Shown here piece after piece: positions 10,393 to 19,307 of a stretch of 64,000 nucleotides of DNA. The DNA lies in contig JAFSKF010000019.1 of NCBI GenBank assembly GCA_017449065.1, positions 56,952-120,951 on the forward strand. The letters are read 5' to 3'. Numbering within the stretch: the stretch's first letter is position 1; every line of letters begins with the position of its first letter. The notes beneath the pieces are model-generated. The model searched no databases. It had not been told where the DNA came from and saw only the letters and a program-made list of their open reading frames with translations. The position numbers and the translations under genes are program-made. This DNA is from Bacteroidales bacterium (GTDB lineage Bacteria > Bacteroidota > Bacteroidia > Bacteroidales > UBA3663).

Positions 10393-11262
10393 ATGGAAAC
10401 ATCTGATATTATCAAAAAAGTCAGGCAGATTGAGATCAAGTCTCGCGGATTGAGCGCCAATATCTTTGCAGGAAGCTACAAGACGGCGTTCAAGGGACAT
10501 GGTATGTCGTTCGCCGAAGTGCGTGAATACCAGTATGGCGATGATGTCCGCGATATTGATTGGAATGTAACTGCCCGTCAGAATAAGCCTCATATCAAGA
10601 TTTTTGAGGAGGAGCGCGAACTGACGGTAATGCTGCTGATTGACGTGAGCGGAAGCCGGGAATTCGGCACTTCGACACGCACCAAGCAAGAGCAGATTAC
10701 GGAAATTGCCGCGACTTTGGCATTCAGTACTATCCAGAATAACGACAAAATCGGTGTGGTCTTCTTTAGCGACCGTATCGAGAAATATATTCCGCCCCAG
10801 AAAGGAAAGAAACATGTTTTGGCGATCATCAGCGAGATGCTGAAATTCGAGCCGGTGCAGCGAGGCACCAACTTGAACAAAGCAATCCAATATGTGAGCA
10901 ATGCCCAGAAAAAGCGCTGTACGACTTTTCTGATTAGCGATTTTTGCGATGAGAACGACTATCAGCAGGCTTTGACCATTGCCAGCAGTAAGCACGATCT
11001 GGTAGCGATTCAAGTCTATGATCCGCGAGAGAAGGCGCTTCCGAACATTGGCTTGATGCGTGTGGAGGATGCCGAAACCAGGGAAGAACGCTGGATTGAT
11101 ACCAGTTCGCGCCGGGTTCGCCATATGTATTCCGAGTGGTGGAATAGGATGGAACTGAAAATGAGGGATTCTTTCCTTCACAGTCGCGTCGATAATGTCT
11201 CCATCTCTACCGATGAAGATTTTGTACCTGCGCTCTTGTCTTTATTTAAGAAACGTATGTGA
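10393..11262 (+). CDS. DUF58 domain protein (MoxR partner)
   Basis: REYQYGDDVRDIDWNVTAR motif, typical of DUF58, with a VWA-like middle (LLIDVSGS). It is in the canonical position after MoxR. Confidence 0.85.
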   Translation: METSDIIKKVRQIEIKSRGLSANIFAGSYKTAFKGHGMSFAEVREYQYGDDVRDIDWNVTARQNKPHIKIFEEERELTVMLLIDVSGSREFGTSTRTKQEQITEIAATLAFSTIQNNDKIGVVFFSDRIEKYIPPQKGKKHVLAIISEMLKFEPVQRGTNLNKAIQYVSNAQKKRCTTFLISDFCDENDYQQALTIASSKHDLVAIQVYDPREKALPNIGLMRVEDAETREERWIDTSSRRVRHMYSEWWNRMELKMRDSFLHSRVDNVSISTDEDFVPALLSLFKKRM

Positions 11263-12287
11263 TGAAAAAGAAAATAATTCTGTTTCTTGCTCTGTTGGCA
11301 TGTGTGCTCTTGGTACCGGTCAGAACTCAGGCTGATACGGCGGTTGCCTCTATCGATACAGCTTGGGCGATTATCGGTATGCCACGTGTGCTCCATTTGG
11401 AAGTTACGGTGGCTGAGGGTGCCGATGTACAATGGCCAAAAGAGATACAGCGGAATGGTTTTTCAGCCCGCGACTACGATGATCCTTCGATTCGCTATAC
11501 GCTGGAATTCGGTCCGGATGTCGATTTCTCCGTCGATACTGTCCGTCAGGGAAACATGATGACTTTGCAACAGGATCTGCGCTTTTTTGCCTTCGATAGT
11601 GCCGTGATGGTAATCGAGCCGTTCAAGTTCGTAGTGAATGGACGCGATACATTATCAACGCCGATGCTGGGACTTAAATGCAATCATCCTTTTGTGGAAG
11701 TGCCTGACGATCCGCAAGCTATGCAGGGACTGAAGGCTATCATGGAACCGGATTTTGTTATTTGGGACTATGTCTGGTGGATGGTTTGGGTACTTTTGGT
11801 ATTGGCAGTCGGTTGTATCGGCTACTTCCTTTATCGCTTCTACCAGAAGCATTGGAATCATGAAGTTGTGGTGCAGTTTCCGAAAGAAAAGCTGGCGCCG
11901 CCACATGTGGTTGCTCTCGAAGCTTTGCAGCAGCTGGGAGACAAGAAACTGTGGCAGAACGGCCAATACAAGGCTTTCTATACAGAACTGACCGACATCC
12001 TGCGCCGTTATATCGAACGTCGATATCAGGTGTCGGCAATGGAGAGTACCACCGACGAGATTATGGCAGAACTGGTGGAACTGACGGTCAGCCAGCGTTC
12101 GTCGTATAACAATCTTCATGAAGTCTTGCAGTTGGCGGATTTCGTAAAGTTTGCCAAGTACGAACCTTTGCCCGATGAGAATCAGATGGCTTTCATGAAT
12201 TCGCGCCTCTTTGTCGAACAGACTAAGGAGACGGTTGTCGAAAGCGCTGAAAACAATTCAAACCAATCAGAAACAAAAGAAGCATGA
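11259..12287 (+). CDS. Bat-operon membrane protein of unknown function (DUF4381-like C-terminal half)
   Basis: Signal peptide and a central TM segment (WWMVWVLLVLAVGCIGYFLY). It overlaps both neighbours by 4 nt. Confidence 0.6.
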   Translation: MMKKKIILFLALLACVLLVPVRTQADTAVASIDTAWAIIGMPRVLHLEVTVAEGADVQWPKEIQRNGFSARDYDDPSIRYTLEFGPDVDFSVDTVRQGNMMTLQQDLRFFAFDSAVMVIEPFKFVVNGRDTLSTPMLGLKCNHPFVEVPDDPQAMQGLKAIMEPDFVIWDYVWWMVWVLLVLAVGCIGYFLYRFYQKHWNHEVVVQFPKEKLAPPHVVALEALQQLGDKKLWQNGQYKAFYTELTDILRRYIERRYQVSAMESTTDEIMAELVELTVSQRSSYNNLHEVLQLADFVKFAKYEPLPDENQMAFMNSRLFVEQTKETVVESAENNSNQSETKEA

Positions 12288-13279
12288 CATTCGCTAATCC
12301 GGAATATTTGATATTGTTGGTTCTGCTGGTGCCGGCTATATTTTTCTATGTCTGGCGTCAGAAAAAGGCCAATGCTACCCTTCAGGTACCGTCAACCCGT
12401 CCTTTCTGTCAGTTGCCTCGGTCATGGAAAGAATACTTGCGCCATGTAAATTTTGGCTTGCTGCTTGCAGCTTTTGCATCGTGCATTGTAGTGATGGCTC
12501 GTCCGCAAAGCAGTGACAGTTGGAGCCAGAGCAGCACGGAAGGTATTGACATTGTTCTTACGCTCGATGTGAGTTATTCCATGCAGGTGCAGGATTTCAA
12601 ACCCAACCGTTTGGAAGCTGCCAAAGATGTTGCTGCAAACTTTATTTCGGGTCGTCCCAACGATAATATAGGTATGGTGGTTTTCGGTAAGGAAAGTTAC
12701 ACGCTTTGTCCGATGACCAGCGACCACACCGTGCTGGCAAATATGGAGCAGGGCATCGATTTCAATCTGATTGACGGATCGCTGACGGCAATCGGCAACG
12801 GATTGGTGACAGCTTTAAACCGAATCCGGCACGGAGAAGCAAAATCGAAAGTGGTTATTTTGCTGACCGACGGTTCAAACAATGCCGGTGATGTTTCACC
12901 GAATGATGCTGCTTCGGTAGCCCAATCGTTGGGCATCCGTGTCTATACTATCGGTATCGGTAGTGATAAGGAGTTTGAAATGACGACCGGCTATGATATT
13001 TTCGGACGCCCCGTGAAGCAGACGGTCAAACCGGATCTGGATGAGGATCTGCTGAAGAGTATGGCTAAGACAACCGGCGGTAGGTATTTCCGTGCAACCA
13101 GCAAGACCAAGTTGACGGAAATTTTCGAAGAGATCGACCGGATGGAGAAAACCAAACTGAGCGTTCGGGAGTTCAGTCGGAAAGATGAGGAATTTTTGCC
13201 TTTCGCCCTTTTTGCAATCCTTTCGCTTTTGTTGCATGTTCTACTACGCCAGACCGTCTTGAAGAACCTGCCTTGTTGA
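12284..13279 (+). CDS. batA: VWA-domain membrane protein BatA
   Basis: N-terminal TM segments and a VWA MIDAS motif (LTLDVSYSM). The operon position matches the Bacteroides aerotolerance operon. Confidence 0.85.
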   Translation: MTFANPEYLILLVLLVPAIFFYVWRQKKANATLQVPSTRPFCQLPRSWKEYLRHVNFGLLLAAFASCIVVMARPQSSDSWSQSSTEGIDIVLTLDVSYSMQVQDFKPNRLEAAKDVAANFISGRPNDNIGMVVFGKESYTLCPMTSDHTVLANMEQGIDFNLIDGSLTAIGNGLVTALNRIRHGEAKSKVVILLTDGSNNAGDVSPNDAASVAQSLGIRVYTIGIGSDKEFEMTTGYDIFGRPVKQTVKPDLDEDLLKSMAKTTGGRYFRATSKTKLTEIFEEIDRMEKTKLSVREFSRKDEEFLPFALFAILSLLLHVLLRQTVLKNLPC

Positions 13280-13316
13280 TAAGATAATAGAAACTTGATT
13301 TCTGAAACATATAATT

Positions 13317-14348
13317 ATGGAGAATTTCCGATTTGCTAATCCGAATCTGCTTTGGCTGCTTTTAGTGGTCTTTGTGCTGATTGGTTTGTTCTTATGGGCC
13401 AACCATCATTCGGAAATATTGCTTGCCCGCTTTGGTAAAAAAGCCATGCTTCGTCCCTTGATGCATGGAGTGAGCCACAAGAAGCGGAATCTGAAATTTA
13501 CTTTACAGATCATAGCCTTGGTATGCCTGATTGTGGCAGCAGCCCGTCCTCAGTTCGGTTCGAAAATCGAAACTGTCAAGAAGGAGGGCATTGAGGTGGA
13601 GATTTGCCTGGATATATCGAACAGTATGCTGGCGCAGGATATTTCTCCGAGCCGCTTGGGCAAAGCGAAACGTATGCTGACGCGTCTGCTCGACAAAATG
13701 CAGAACGATCAGGTCGGCCTGATAGTTTTTGCCGGCGATGCCGTGGTTCAGTTGCCGATCACCAACGATTATGTATCGGCGAAAATGTTCCTCGAATCGA
13801 TAACGCCCGACAATATTTCCGCACAGGGTACTGCTATCGGCGCAGCTATCAATCTGGCTGTACGCAGTTTTTCTCCTCGTGAGGACAGCAGCAAAGCGAT
13901 TGTCCTGATTACGGATGCCGAAAATCACGAGGATGATGCAGCTGGTGCCGCTGCCTCGGCTTTCGAGAAAGGTATTCCGACGCATGTGATTGGCGTAGGC
14001 TCTACACAGGGTTCCATCATTCCAGACGGAACCGGTCGGGCTAACAGTCCACGCAAAGATGCGCAAGGTAATCCTATCACGACCCGTTTGGACGAGACTA
14101 TCGCACGACAGGTGGCAGAAGCGGGACACGGTGTATATGCTCATGCCGATAACAGTAATTCGGCCATCAATTCCGTGATTGAATCGCTGCATCAGATGCA
14201 GAGTATCGAGTTAGAGAGCCATGTTTATGCCGAATACGACGATCAGTTCTTCTGGTTTGTGTTGGTGGCTATGCTTTGTGTGCTGGCCGATCTGTTTGTG
14301 GTGGATCGTGCTAATGCTTACCTTTCTAAAATCCAATTGTTCCAATGA
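13317..14348 (+). CDS. batB: VWA-domain membrane protein BatB
   Basis: Second VWA protein (CLDISNSM MIDAS motif) with N- and C-terminal TM segments. Confidence 0.85.
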   Translation: MENFRFANPNLLWLLLVVFVLIGLFLWANHHSEILLARFGKKAMLRPLMHGVSHKKRNLKFTLQIIALVCLIVAAARPQFGSKIETVKKEGIEVEICLDISNSMLAQDISPSRLGKAKRMLTRLLDKMQNDQVGLIVFAGDAVVQLPITNDYVSAKMFLESITPDNISAQGTAIGAAINLAVRSFSPREDSSKAIVLITDAENHEDDAAGAAASAFEKGIPTHVIGVGSTQGSIIPDGTGRANSPRKDAQGNPITTRLDETIARQVAEAGHGVYAHADNSNSAINSVIESLHQMQSIELESHVYAEYDDQFFWFVLVAMLCVLADLFVVDRANAYLSKIQLFQ

Positions 14349-15127
14349 AAAGATTTTTGGTAATCCTATCTATATTGATGCTTTTTTCGGTTTTGCCTCT
14401 GTCGGCTCAGGGACAGCGCAAAGTGCGTAGCCTGGACCGTAGTGGTAATGCCCACTATAATGACAGTCTTTATCACGATGCGGAAATGGATTATCGTCGT
14501 GCCTTGGCTATCAATCCCTCCGACAGTGTGGCTCGTTTTAATCTGGCAACTACGCTAATACAACAGCAGGATCAGGCCAAGTTGGCGGAAGCCGACAGTT
14601 TGCTGACTAACCTGATTACGGAAGCCGAGCAGACGGGAAACAGGCAACTGAGTGCACGCAGTTTGTATCAGAAAGGCGAGATTGCCATGATGGCACAGCA
14701 GTATCAGCAGGCAGCGGAGGCTTTCAAGGAGTCGTTGAAGCGTAACCCGACGGACGATGATGCCCGATTCAATTATCTGTTGGCAAAACGTCAGATGGAG
14801 AATCAACAGAATCAGGACCAGCAGAATCAAAACAATCAGGATCAGCAACAGCAGGACCAACAGGAACAGCAGCAGGATCAGAAGGAACAGCAACAACAGC
14901 AAGATCAGCAGCAACAGAATCAGGATCAGCAACAGCAGAACCAACAGGAACAGCAGCAGGAACAGCAACAGATGTCGGAAGACCAGCGTCAGTCGATTCT
15001 CGAACAGAATGAGCGGGAAGAGAAAGAGACGCAGAATAAGGTGATGCGACGTCAGCAGGAGTTGGATAAAGACAAGATGCGGGAGCGCGAAATACAAATC
15101 CAGAATGGTACTTTGAAGGATTGGTAA
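14345..15127 (+). CDS. batC: TPR protein BatC with a Gln-rich tail
   Basis: Signal peptide, TPR-like repeats, then a long Q/N/D/E low-complexity region. It is in the Bat operon position. Confidence 0.8.
   Translation: MKRFLVILSILMLFSVLPLSAQGQRKVRSLDRSGNAHYNDSLYHDAEMDYRRALAINPSDSVARFNLATTLIQQQDQAKLAEADSLLTNLITEAEQTGNRQLSARSLYQKGEIAMMAQQYQQAAEAFKESLKRNPTDDDARFNYLLAKRQMENQQNQDQQNQNNQDQQQQDQQEQQQDQKEQQQQQDQQQQNQDQQQQNQQEQQQEQQQMSEDQRQSILEQNEREEKETQNKVMRRQQELDKDKMREREIQIQNGTLKDW
14800..14990 (+). repeat. CAG/CAA-rich low-complexity coding repeat containing a 44-nt in-frame duplication
   Basis: 14834-14877 and 14918-14961 are identical at 43 of 44 positions and offset by 84 nt. The region encodes a QQNQDQQQQ-type tract. 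Confidence 0.9.
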
Positions 15128-15178
15128 GCAAAGACTCAGGTATCTTCAGTAGTAAGAAATTCAAATGAATATACTTCC

Positions 15179-17020
15179 ATGATGAAGCAGATATTTTCAG
15201 TGATAGTCACCCTTCTTTTTACCACAGGAGCAATTCTTGCTCAAGTGACCTTTAAGGCAAGCGTGCAAGGAGGCGGCAATACGGTGGAGGCCGGAACACG
15301 ATTCCAGTTGGAATATGAACTCAGTGCAACGTGCGACAATTTCGAATGCGATCTGTCGAATTGCGGAGTCCGTGCTATCAGTGGTCCGTTTTCGTCCACT
15401 TATATGTCTCGTTCTATATCGGGTGGCAAATCGGTTGTGTCGAACACCACCACTTATACGTATGTGATGGTGGCAGACAAGGAAGGTACCTACACCATTC
15501 CGGCAGCAAAAGCGGTGTCGGGCGGAAAAACCTATACCAGTAATACTATCGAGTTGAAGGTGTTGGCAGCCGATCCTTCGAAAAAGCAGGCACAAAGCGG
15601 AAACCGCCAGAATCGGAATTCCGCTTCTTCGGCTGGAACGATAGGTAAGGATGATATTGTCCTGTCGATGGATTTGTCGAAGACTACGGTTTACGAGGGA
15701 GAGGCCTTGGTGGCTACCATGAAGTTGTATTTCAGAAATCAGAACATCTCGACGTTGAGCGATGTTAAGTTCCCGGATTTGGAAGGTTTCACAGCGCAGG
15801 AGATGGATCTGGGAGACGTTCAGGCTACTACTGAAGAGTTCCGTGGAAGTGTTTATCGTGCCTATCCGGTGCGTCAGTGGCTTCTGTTTCCACAACATGC
15901 TGGCGACATCTCCATTAAACCGGGTTCTGTGACGGCAATCGTGCAGGTTTATACTGGACGTCACAGTTTCTGGGATGATCCTTTCTCTACCTATCAGAAC
16001 GTACAAGTGCCTGTCACGGGCAAGGAAAGAACCGTTCGTGTCAAGCCGATGCCTGCCGGTAAACCAGCTTCGTATATGAATGCCATCGGCGATTTCTCTA
16101 TCAAAAGCGAACTGACTTCCGATCATGTCAAAGCAAACGATGCTGTTATTTACAGAATAACCGTTGAAGGTACGGGCAACCTGAAATATGTGCGCGAGCC
16201 GCAACCTGAATTTCCTGCAGATTTCGAGGTGTACGATCCGAAAACCGATCTGAAATCTCGTACCGGCAGGAATGGCATTTCCGGTAAAAAGATTATAGAA
16301 TATACCATCATTCCGCGATTTGCAGGAACCTTTACGATTCCTCCAGTTGAATTCGGATACTTCGATACCAAAGCCGGAGCATACAAGACCGCACAGACGC
16401 AAGCCTTTACTCTTGAGGTGGAGAAAGGTGCCGGCGATGCATCCGGAAACGGATCCGGGAGTATCGATTTCTCGGGTTCGAACCAGGAACGTATCAAAGT
16501 CTTGGGCAGCGATATCCGTTATCTGCACAATATCGATACCGACCAGTTGCAGCCTGAAAAAGCACCTATGTTCGGCACCGATTCCTACTGGCTTTGGTTC
16601 CTCGTGCCGACCACTTTGCTCGGTTTTGCCCTTTATTACTATCGCCGCAACCTGAAATTACGGGCAGATATTGTGGGACAGCGTACCCGAAAAGCCAATA
16701 AGGTAGCAACGAAACGTCTTAAGTCGGCTGCCGCTGCCCTGAAACAGCAGGATAAAGCCGCATTCTACGAGTCGGTACACAAGGCAATGTTAGGATATGT
16801 TGCCGACAAACTGAATATTCAGTTGAGTGATCTGACGGGCGATTCCATTCAGGAGGAACTGCTCAAACGAAAGGTGGATCAGGAGATTGTCGATCAGTGT
16901 AAACAGGTGATCGAGACTTGCGAGTTTGCTCGTTATGCACCTTCTACAGATGCTCAGGCTATGGATAAATTGTATGATGAGGCAGCGCGGACGATTGATC
17001 GTCTTGAAAAAGCATTATAA
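15179..17020 (+). CDS. batD: BatD-like oxygen-tolerance protein
   Basis: 613 aa with a signal peptide, a large extracytoplasmic domain and a C-terminal TM segment plus helical tail. It is in the Bat operon position. Confidence 0.8.
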   Translation: MMKQIFSVIVTLLFTTGAILAQVTFKASVQGGGNTVEAGTRFQLEYELSATCDNFECDLSNCGVRAISGPFSSTYMSRSISGGKSVVSNTTTYTYVMVADKEGTYTIPAAKAVSGGKTYTSNTIELKVLAADPSKKQAQSGNRQNRNSASSAGTIGKDDIVLSMDLSKTTVYEGEALVATMKLYFRNQNISTLSDVKFPDLEGFTAQEMDLGDVQATTEEFRGSVYRAYPVRQWLLFPQHAGDISIKPGSVTAIVQVYTGRHSFWDDPFSTYQNVQVPVTGKERTVRVKPMPAGKPASYMNAIGDFSIKSELTSDHVKANDAVIYRITVEGTGNLKYVREPQPEFPADFEVYDPKTDLKSRTGRNGISGKKIIEYTIIPRFAGTFTIPPVEFGYFDTKAGAYKTAQTQAFTLEVEKGAGDASGNGSGSIDFSGSNQERIKVLGSDIRYLHNIDTDQLQPEKAPMFGTDSYWLWFLVPTTLLGFALYYYRRNLKLRADIVGQRTRKANKVATKRLKSAAAALKQQDKAAFYESVHKAMLGYVADKLNIQLSDLTGDSIQEELLKRKVDQEIVDQCKQVIETCEFARYAPSTDAQAMDKLYDEAARTIDRLEKAL

Positions 17021-17033
17021 ATTTCACAAGAAT

Positions 17034-17795
17034 ATGAAAAGATTTGCAATACTGATATGGGCATTAGTAAGCGTATTCGGCTTGCGTGCTGAGATTGTTA
17101 ACCCTTCTGAACTGATTGCTGAGGCAGCTTTTGCCTACGATCAGGGGAACTATGCCGAAGCATCGGTGAAATATGAGGCATTGGTTACGGCCTTTAAGGG
17201 GGCTCCTGATTTGTATTATGCTTTAGGAAACTCCTATTATAAGCAGCAGATGTATGCTAAGGCTATTCTGAATTACGAGCGATGCCTGCAACGTGATCCT
17301 GCAAACAATGATGCTCGTGCCAATTTGGAATTGGCGCAGATGAATTGTGTCGATAAGATTGAAACGATTCAGCCGATTATTTTCGTAACGTGGAGCAATG
17401 CTTTGCGCGATTTGTTCTCGGCCGACCGATGGGGACAGTTCTCCATTTTGTTCTTCCTGCTTTTTCTGGCAGGTGTGGCATGTTATTTCTTTGTCCGGAA
17501 TATTTCTATTCGGAAGACGGGCTTCTATGGAGCCATTGTGATGGTGATCTTGACGGCTATCTGCATGATTTATGCCCACCAGCAGACCGATATTCGTATG
17601 GCTCACGACAAAGCGATCGTGATGGCACCTACTGTGACTGTCCGTTCAACACCTTCCGAAAGTGGCACACAGTTGATGATTATCCACGAGGGTTTGAAGG
17701 TGCGCATTCGTCAGGAACTCTCAGGTTGGTCTGAAATCGAATTATCGGACGGCAATGTCGGTTGGATGCCGACGAATATGCTTGAAGTGATCTGA
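17034..17795 (+). CDS. batE: BatE-like TPR/SH3 protein
   Basis: The ATG at 17034 gives the signal peptide MKRFAILIWALVSVFG. TPR repeats, TM segments and a C-terminal SH3-like end (GWSEIELSDGNVGWMP) follow. Confidence 0.8.
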   Translation: MKRFAILIWALVSVFGLRAEIVNPSELIAEAAFAYDQGNYAEASVKYEALVTAFKGAPDLYYALGNSYYKQQMYAKAILNYERCLQRDPANNDARANLELAQMNCVDKIETIQPIIFVTWSNALRDLFSADRWGQFSILFFLLFLAGVACYFFVRNISIRKTGFYGAIVMVILTAICMIYAHQQTDIRMAHDKAIVMAPTVTVRSTPSESGTQLMIIHEGLKVRIRQELSGWSEIELSDGNVGWMPTNMLEVI

Positions 17796-19162
17796 CTCTC
17801 CTTGCGTTTCCGTTTCCGTTGGGTCCGACGTTTGATGTTCCGGCGGTGATTACGATCCTGTTTGATCTGTTCCGGCGTGCGAGTGTCCGCAGGAGAAGCC
17901 ATCTCTGACTCTTCCTCAAACACTTCACCCGGATCTTTGGTTCCTGTTTTTGGGGCAGAAAAGTTGTGTCTTTTGCGGTTCCGGCGTTCTTCAGGTTTGA
18001 AATCTTTGTCGTAAAAAACCTGATATGGCAGTTGGTAGGGGGGCAGCAGCAAGTGGTTCTCTGCCCGAACCATACGTCGGAACTCGTCCTTATGCACAGA
18101 AATGGCAGTAATGAAACGAGGAAGAGAACGCGGTTTGCCGATGTATTCCCGGTTATCGTAAAAGGAACGGAACCGCTGATACATCTTTATATTATTTATA
18201 ATAGAGGTAACTCTCTCTTTGCCCACCATCGATTTTACCAGAATCTCAGCAACTTTTTCGGTGCCAGCCAAATCCGCTGCATCGAGCAGAAGTACAGTCA
18301 GCTTCATCAATCCGTCGGTGTGCGGATGTTCCCGGCACATTACCGACAGCGCCGTTCGGGTGTGCCTCCAGATAGAAATGCCTTCTTCACAATATGGGTG
18401 CTGTAGTTCGGGATTCATGAATTCTTCGAAGCCAGGCATAACGTAAGGCAGCAAACCGGAATCATATAGGTCGTTGATGCCTTCGCCGAAAGTACGCGAC
18501 TTCAGCATTTTGTTCAACTCATCCCGCAGACGCTTAGGAGTCGAAACACGCATTTCGTCGTGCTGCTGGAGAATAGCCTGCCAGGCTTCATCATCTAAAC
18601 GGAAACCTTTCTGGTGCTTGAAACGGATGCCTCGCAGCATACGAACCGGATCCTGACGAAAAATCAGATTGGGTTCTGCGGGCGTTCTGAGCAGCTTGTT
18701 TTTCAAGTCGTTGATACCCTTTCCGGTAGGATCCAGAATCTCACCGGTCGATAAATTCTTATATAGGGCATTACAGGTATAATCACGGCGCATCGCGTCC
18801 TCTTCTAAAGTGCAGAAACGGGTCTCAAGGAGCGTGACGCCATCTTCGGCATACTCTTCGACGTGAGGCTCTACACATTCCACCAGGGTAGTCGTATTGT
18901 CAATGAACAGATCCATGGCTGTAGTGCCATACCGCTGATAGTAAAAAGGACCTTTGCAGTTTTGGGAATAGTTGGCACACATCCATTCCACAAACTCCTT
19001 TTGTCCGTTAGGTAAGTTAATCAGCAAATCCAGATCCGAATACCTTTCGCCAAGCAACTCATCGCGCACGCACCCGCCGACCAGGAAAATCTTTCCATAG
19101 AACGGCGAACCAGGCAGGATCTTCTCGCTTATGAAGCGTAAGGATTTTTCAAATTTATTCAT
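17711..19162 (-). CDS. tRNA nucleotidyltransferase (CCA-adding)/poly(A) polymerase family protein
   Basis: The start at 19162 (MNKFEKSL) lies downstream of the -7 box. It has the class II nucleotidyltransferase motif GGCVRDELLG...DLDLLI and a very basic C-terminal tail. Confidence 0.8.
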   Translation of the reverse strand: MNKFEKSLRFISEKILPGSPFYGKIFLVGGCVRDELLGERYSDLDLLINLPNGQKEFVEWMCANYSQNCKGPFYYQRYGTTAMDLFIDNTTTLVECVEPHVEEYAEDGVTLLETRFCTLEEDAMRRDYTCNALYKNLSTGEILDPTGKGINDLKNKLLRTPAEPNLIFRQDPVRMLRGIRFKHQKGFRLDDEAWQAILQQHDEMRVSTPKRLRDELNKMLKSRTFGEGINDLYDSGLLPYVMPGFEEFMNPELQHPYCEEGISIWRHTRTALSVMCREHPHTDGLMKLTVLLLDAADLAGTEKVAEILVKSMVGKERVTSIINNIKMYQRFRSFYDNREYIGKPRSLPRFITAISVHKDEFRRMVRAENHLLLPPYQLPYQVFYDKDFKPEERRNRKRHNFSAPKTGTKDPGEVFEEESEMASPADTRTPEQIKQDRNHRRNIKRRTQRKRKRKESQITSSIFVGIQPTLPSDNSISDQPESS

Positions 19163-19182
19163 TGGTTTCGAAATACTGGGCG

Positions 19183-19190
19183 CAAAGGTA
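19183..19190 (-). promoter_or_regulatory. candidate -7 promoter box (TACCTTTG on minus strand)
   Basis: The reverse complement of caaaggta matches TAnnTTTG, 21 nt upstream of the ATG at 19162. Confidence 0.5.
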
Positions 19191-19243
19191 CATTTTTTTT
19201 TACAAAAATACAAGAAAAAATTGCAAATTCTCTTTTTTGTAGT

Positions 19244-19251
19244 TATCTTTG
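19244..19251 (+). promoter_or_regulatory. candidate -7 promoter box TATCTTTG
   Basis: Matches TAnnTTTG, 57 nt upstream of the ATG at 19308. Confidence 0.5.
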
Positions 19252-19307
19252 CAGCCAAACTCAATCTAATTGAACCCAGTTGTCGCAATCTGTAAAGCCT
19301 CATTCCG

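Noticed and set aside
10309-11181. 290-aa ORF on the minus strand
   Set aside because: It is antisense to the DUF58 gene of the Bat operon.
14555-15164. ORFs in other frames and strands across the BatC Gln-rich tract (14555..15097, 14757..15044, 14769..15164)
   Set aside because: These are low-complexity artefacts (poly-Leu, Arg/Ser/Asn runs) produced by the CAG/CAA repeat. BatC is supported by operon context, a signal peptide and TPR repeats.
15197-16528. 443-aa ORF on the minus strand
   Set aside because: It is entirely antisense to batD. It has no recognisable motifs and an Arg/Ser/Cys-rich composition typical of antisense frames of a real gene.
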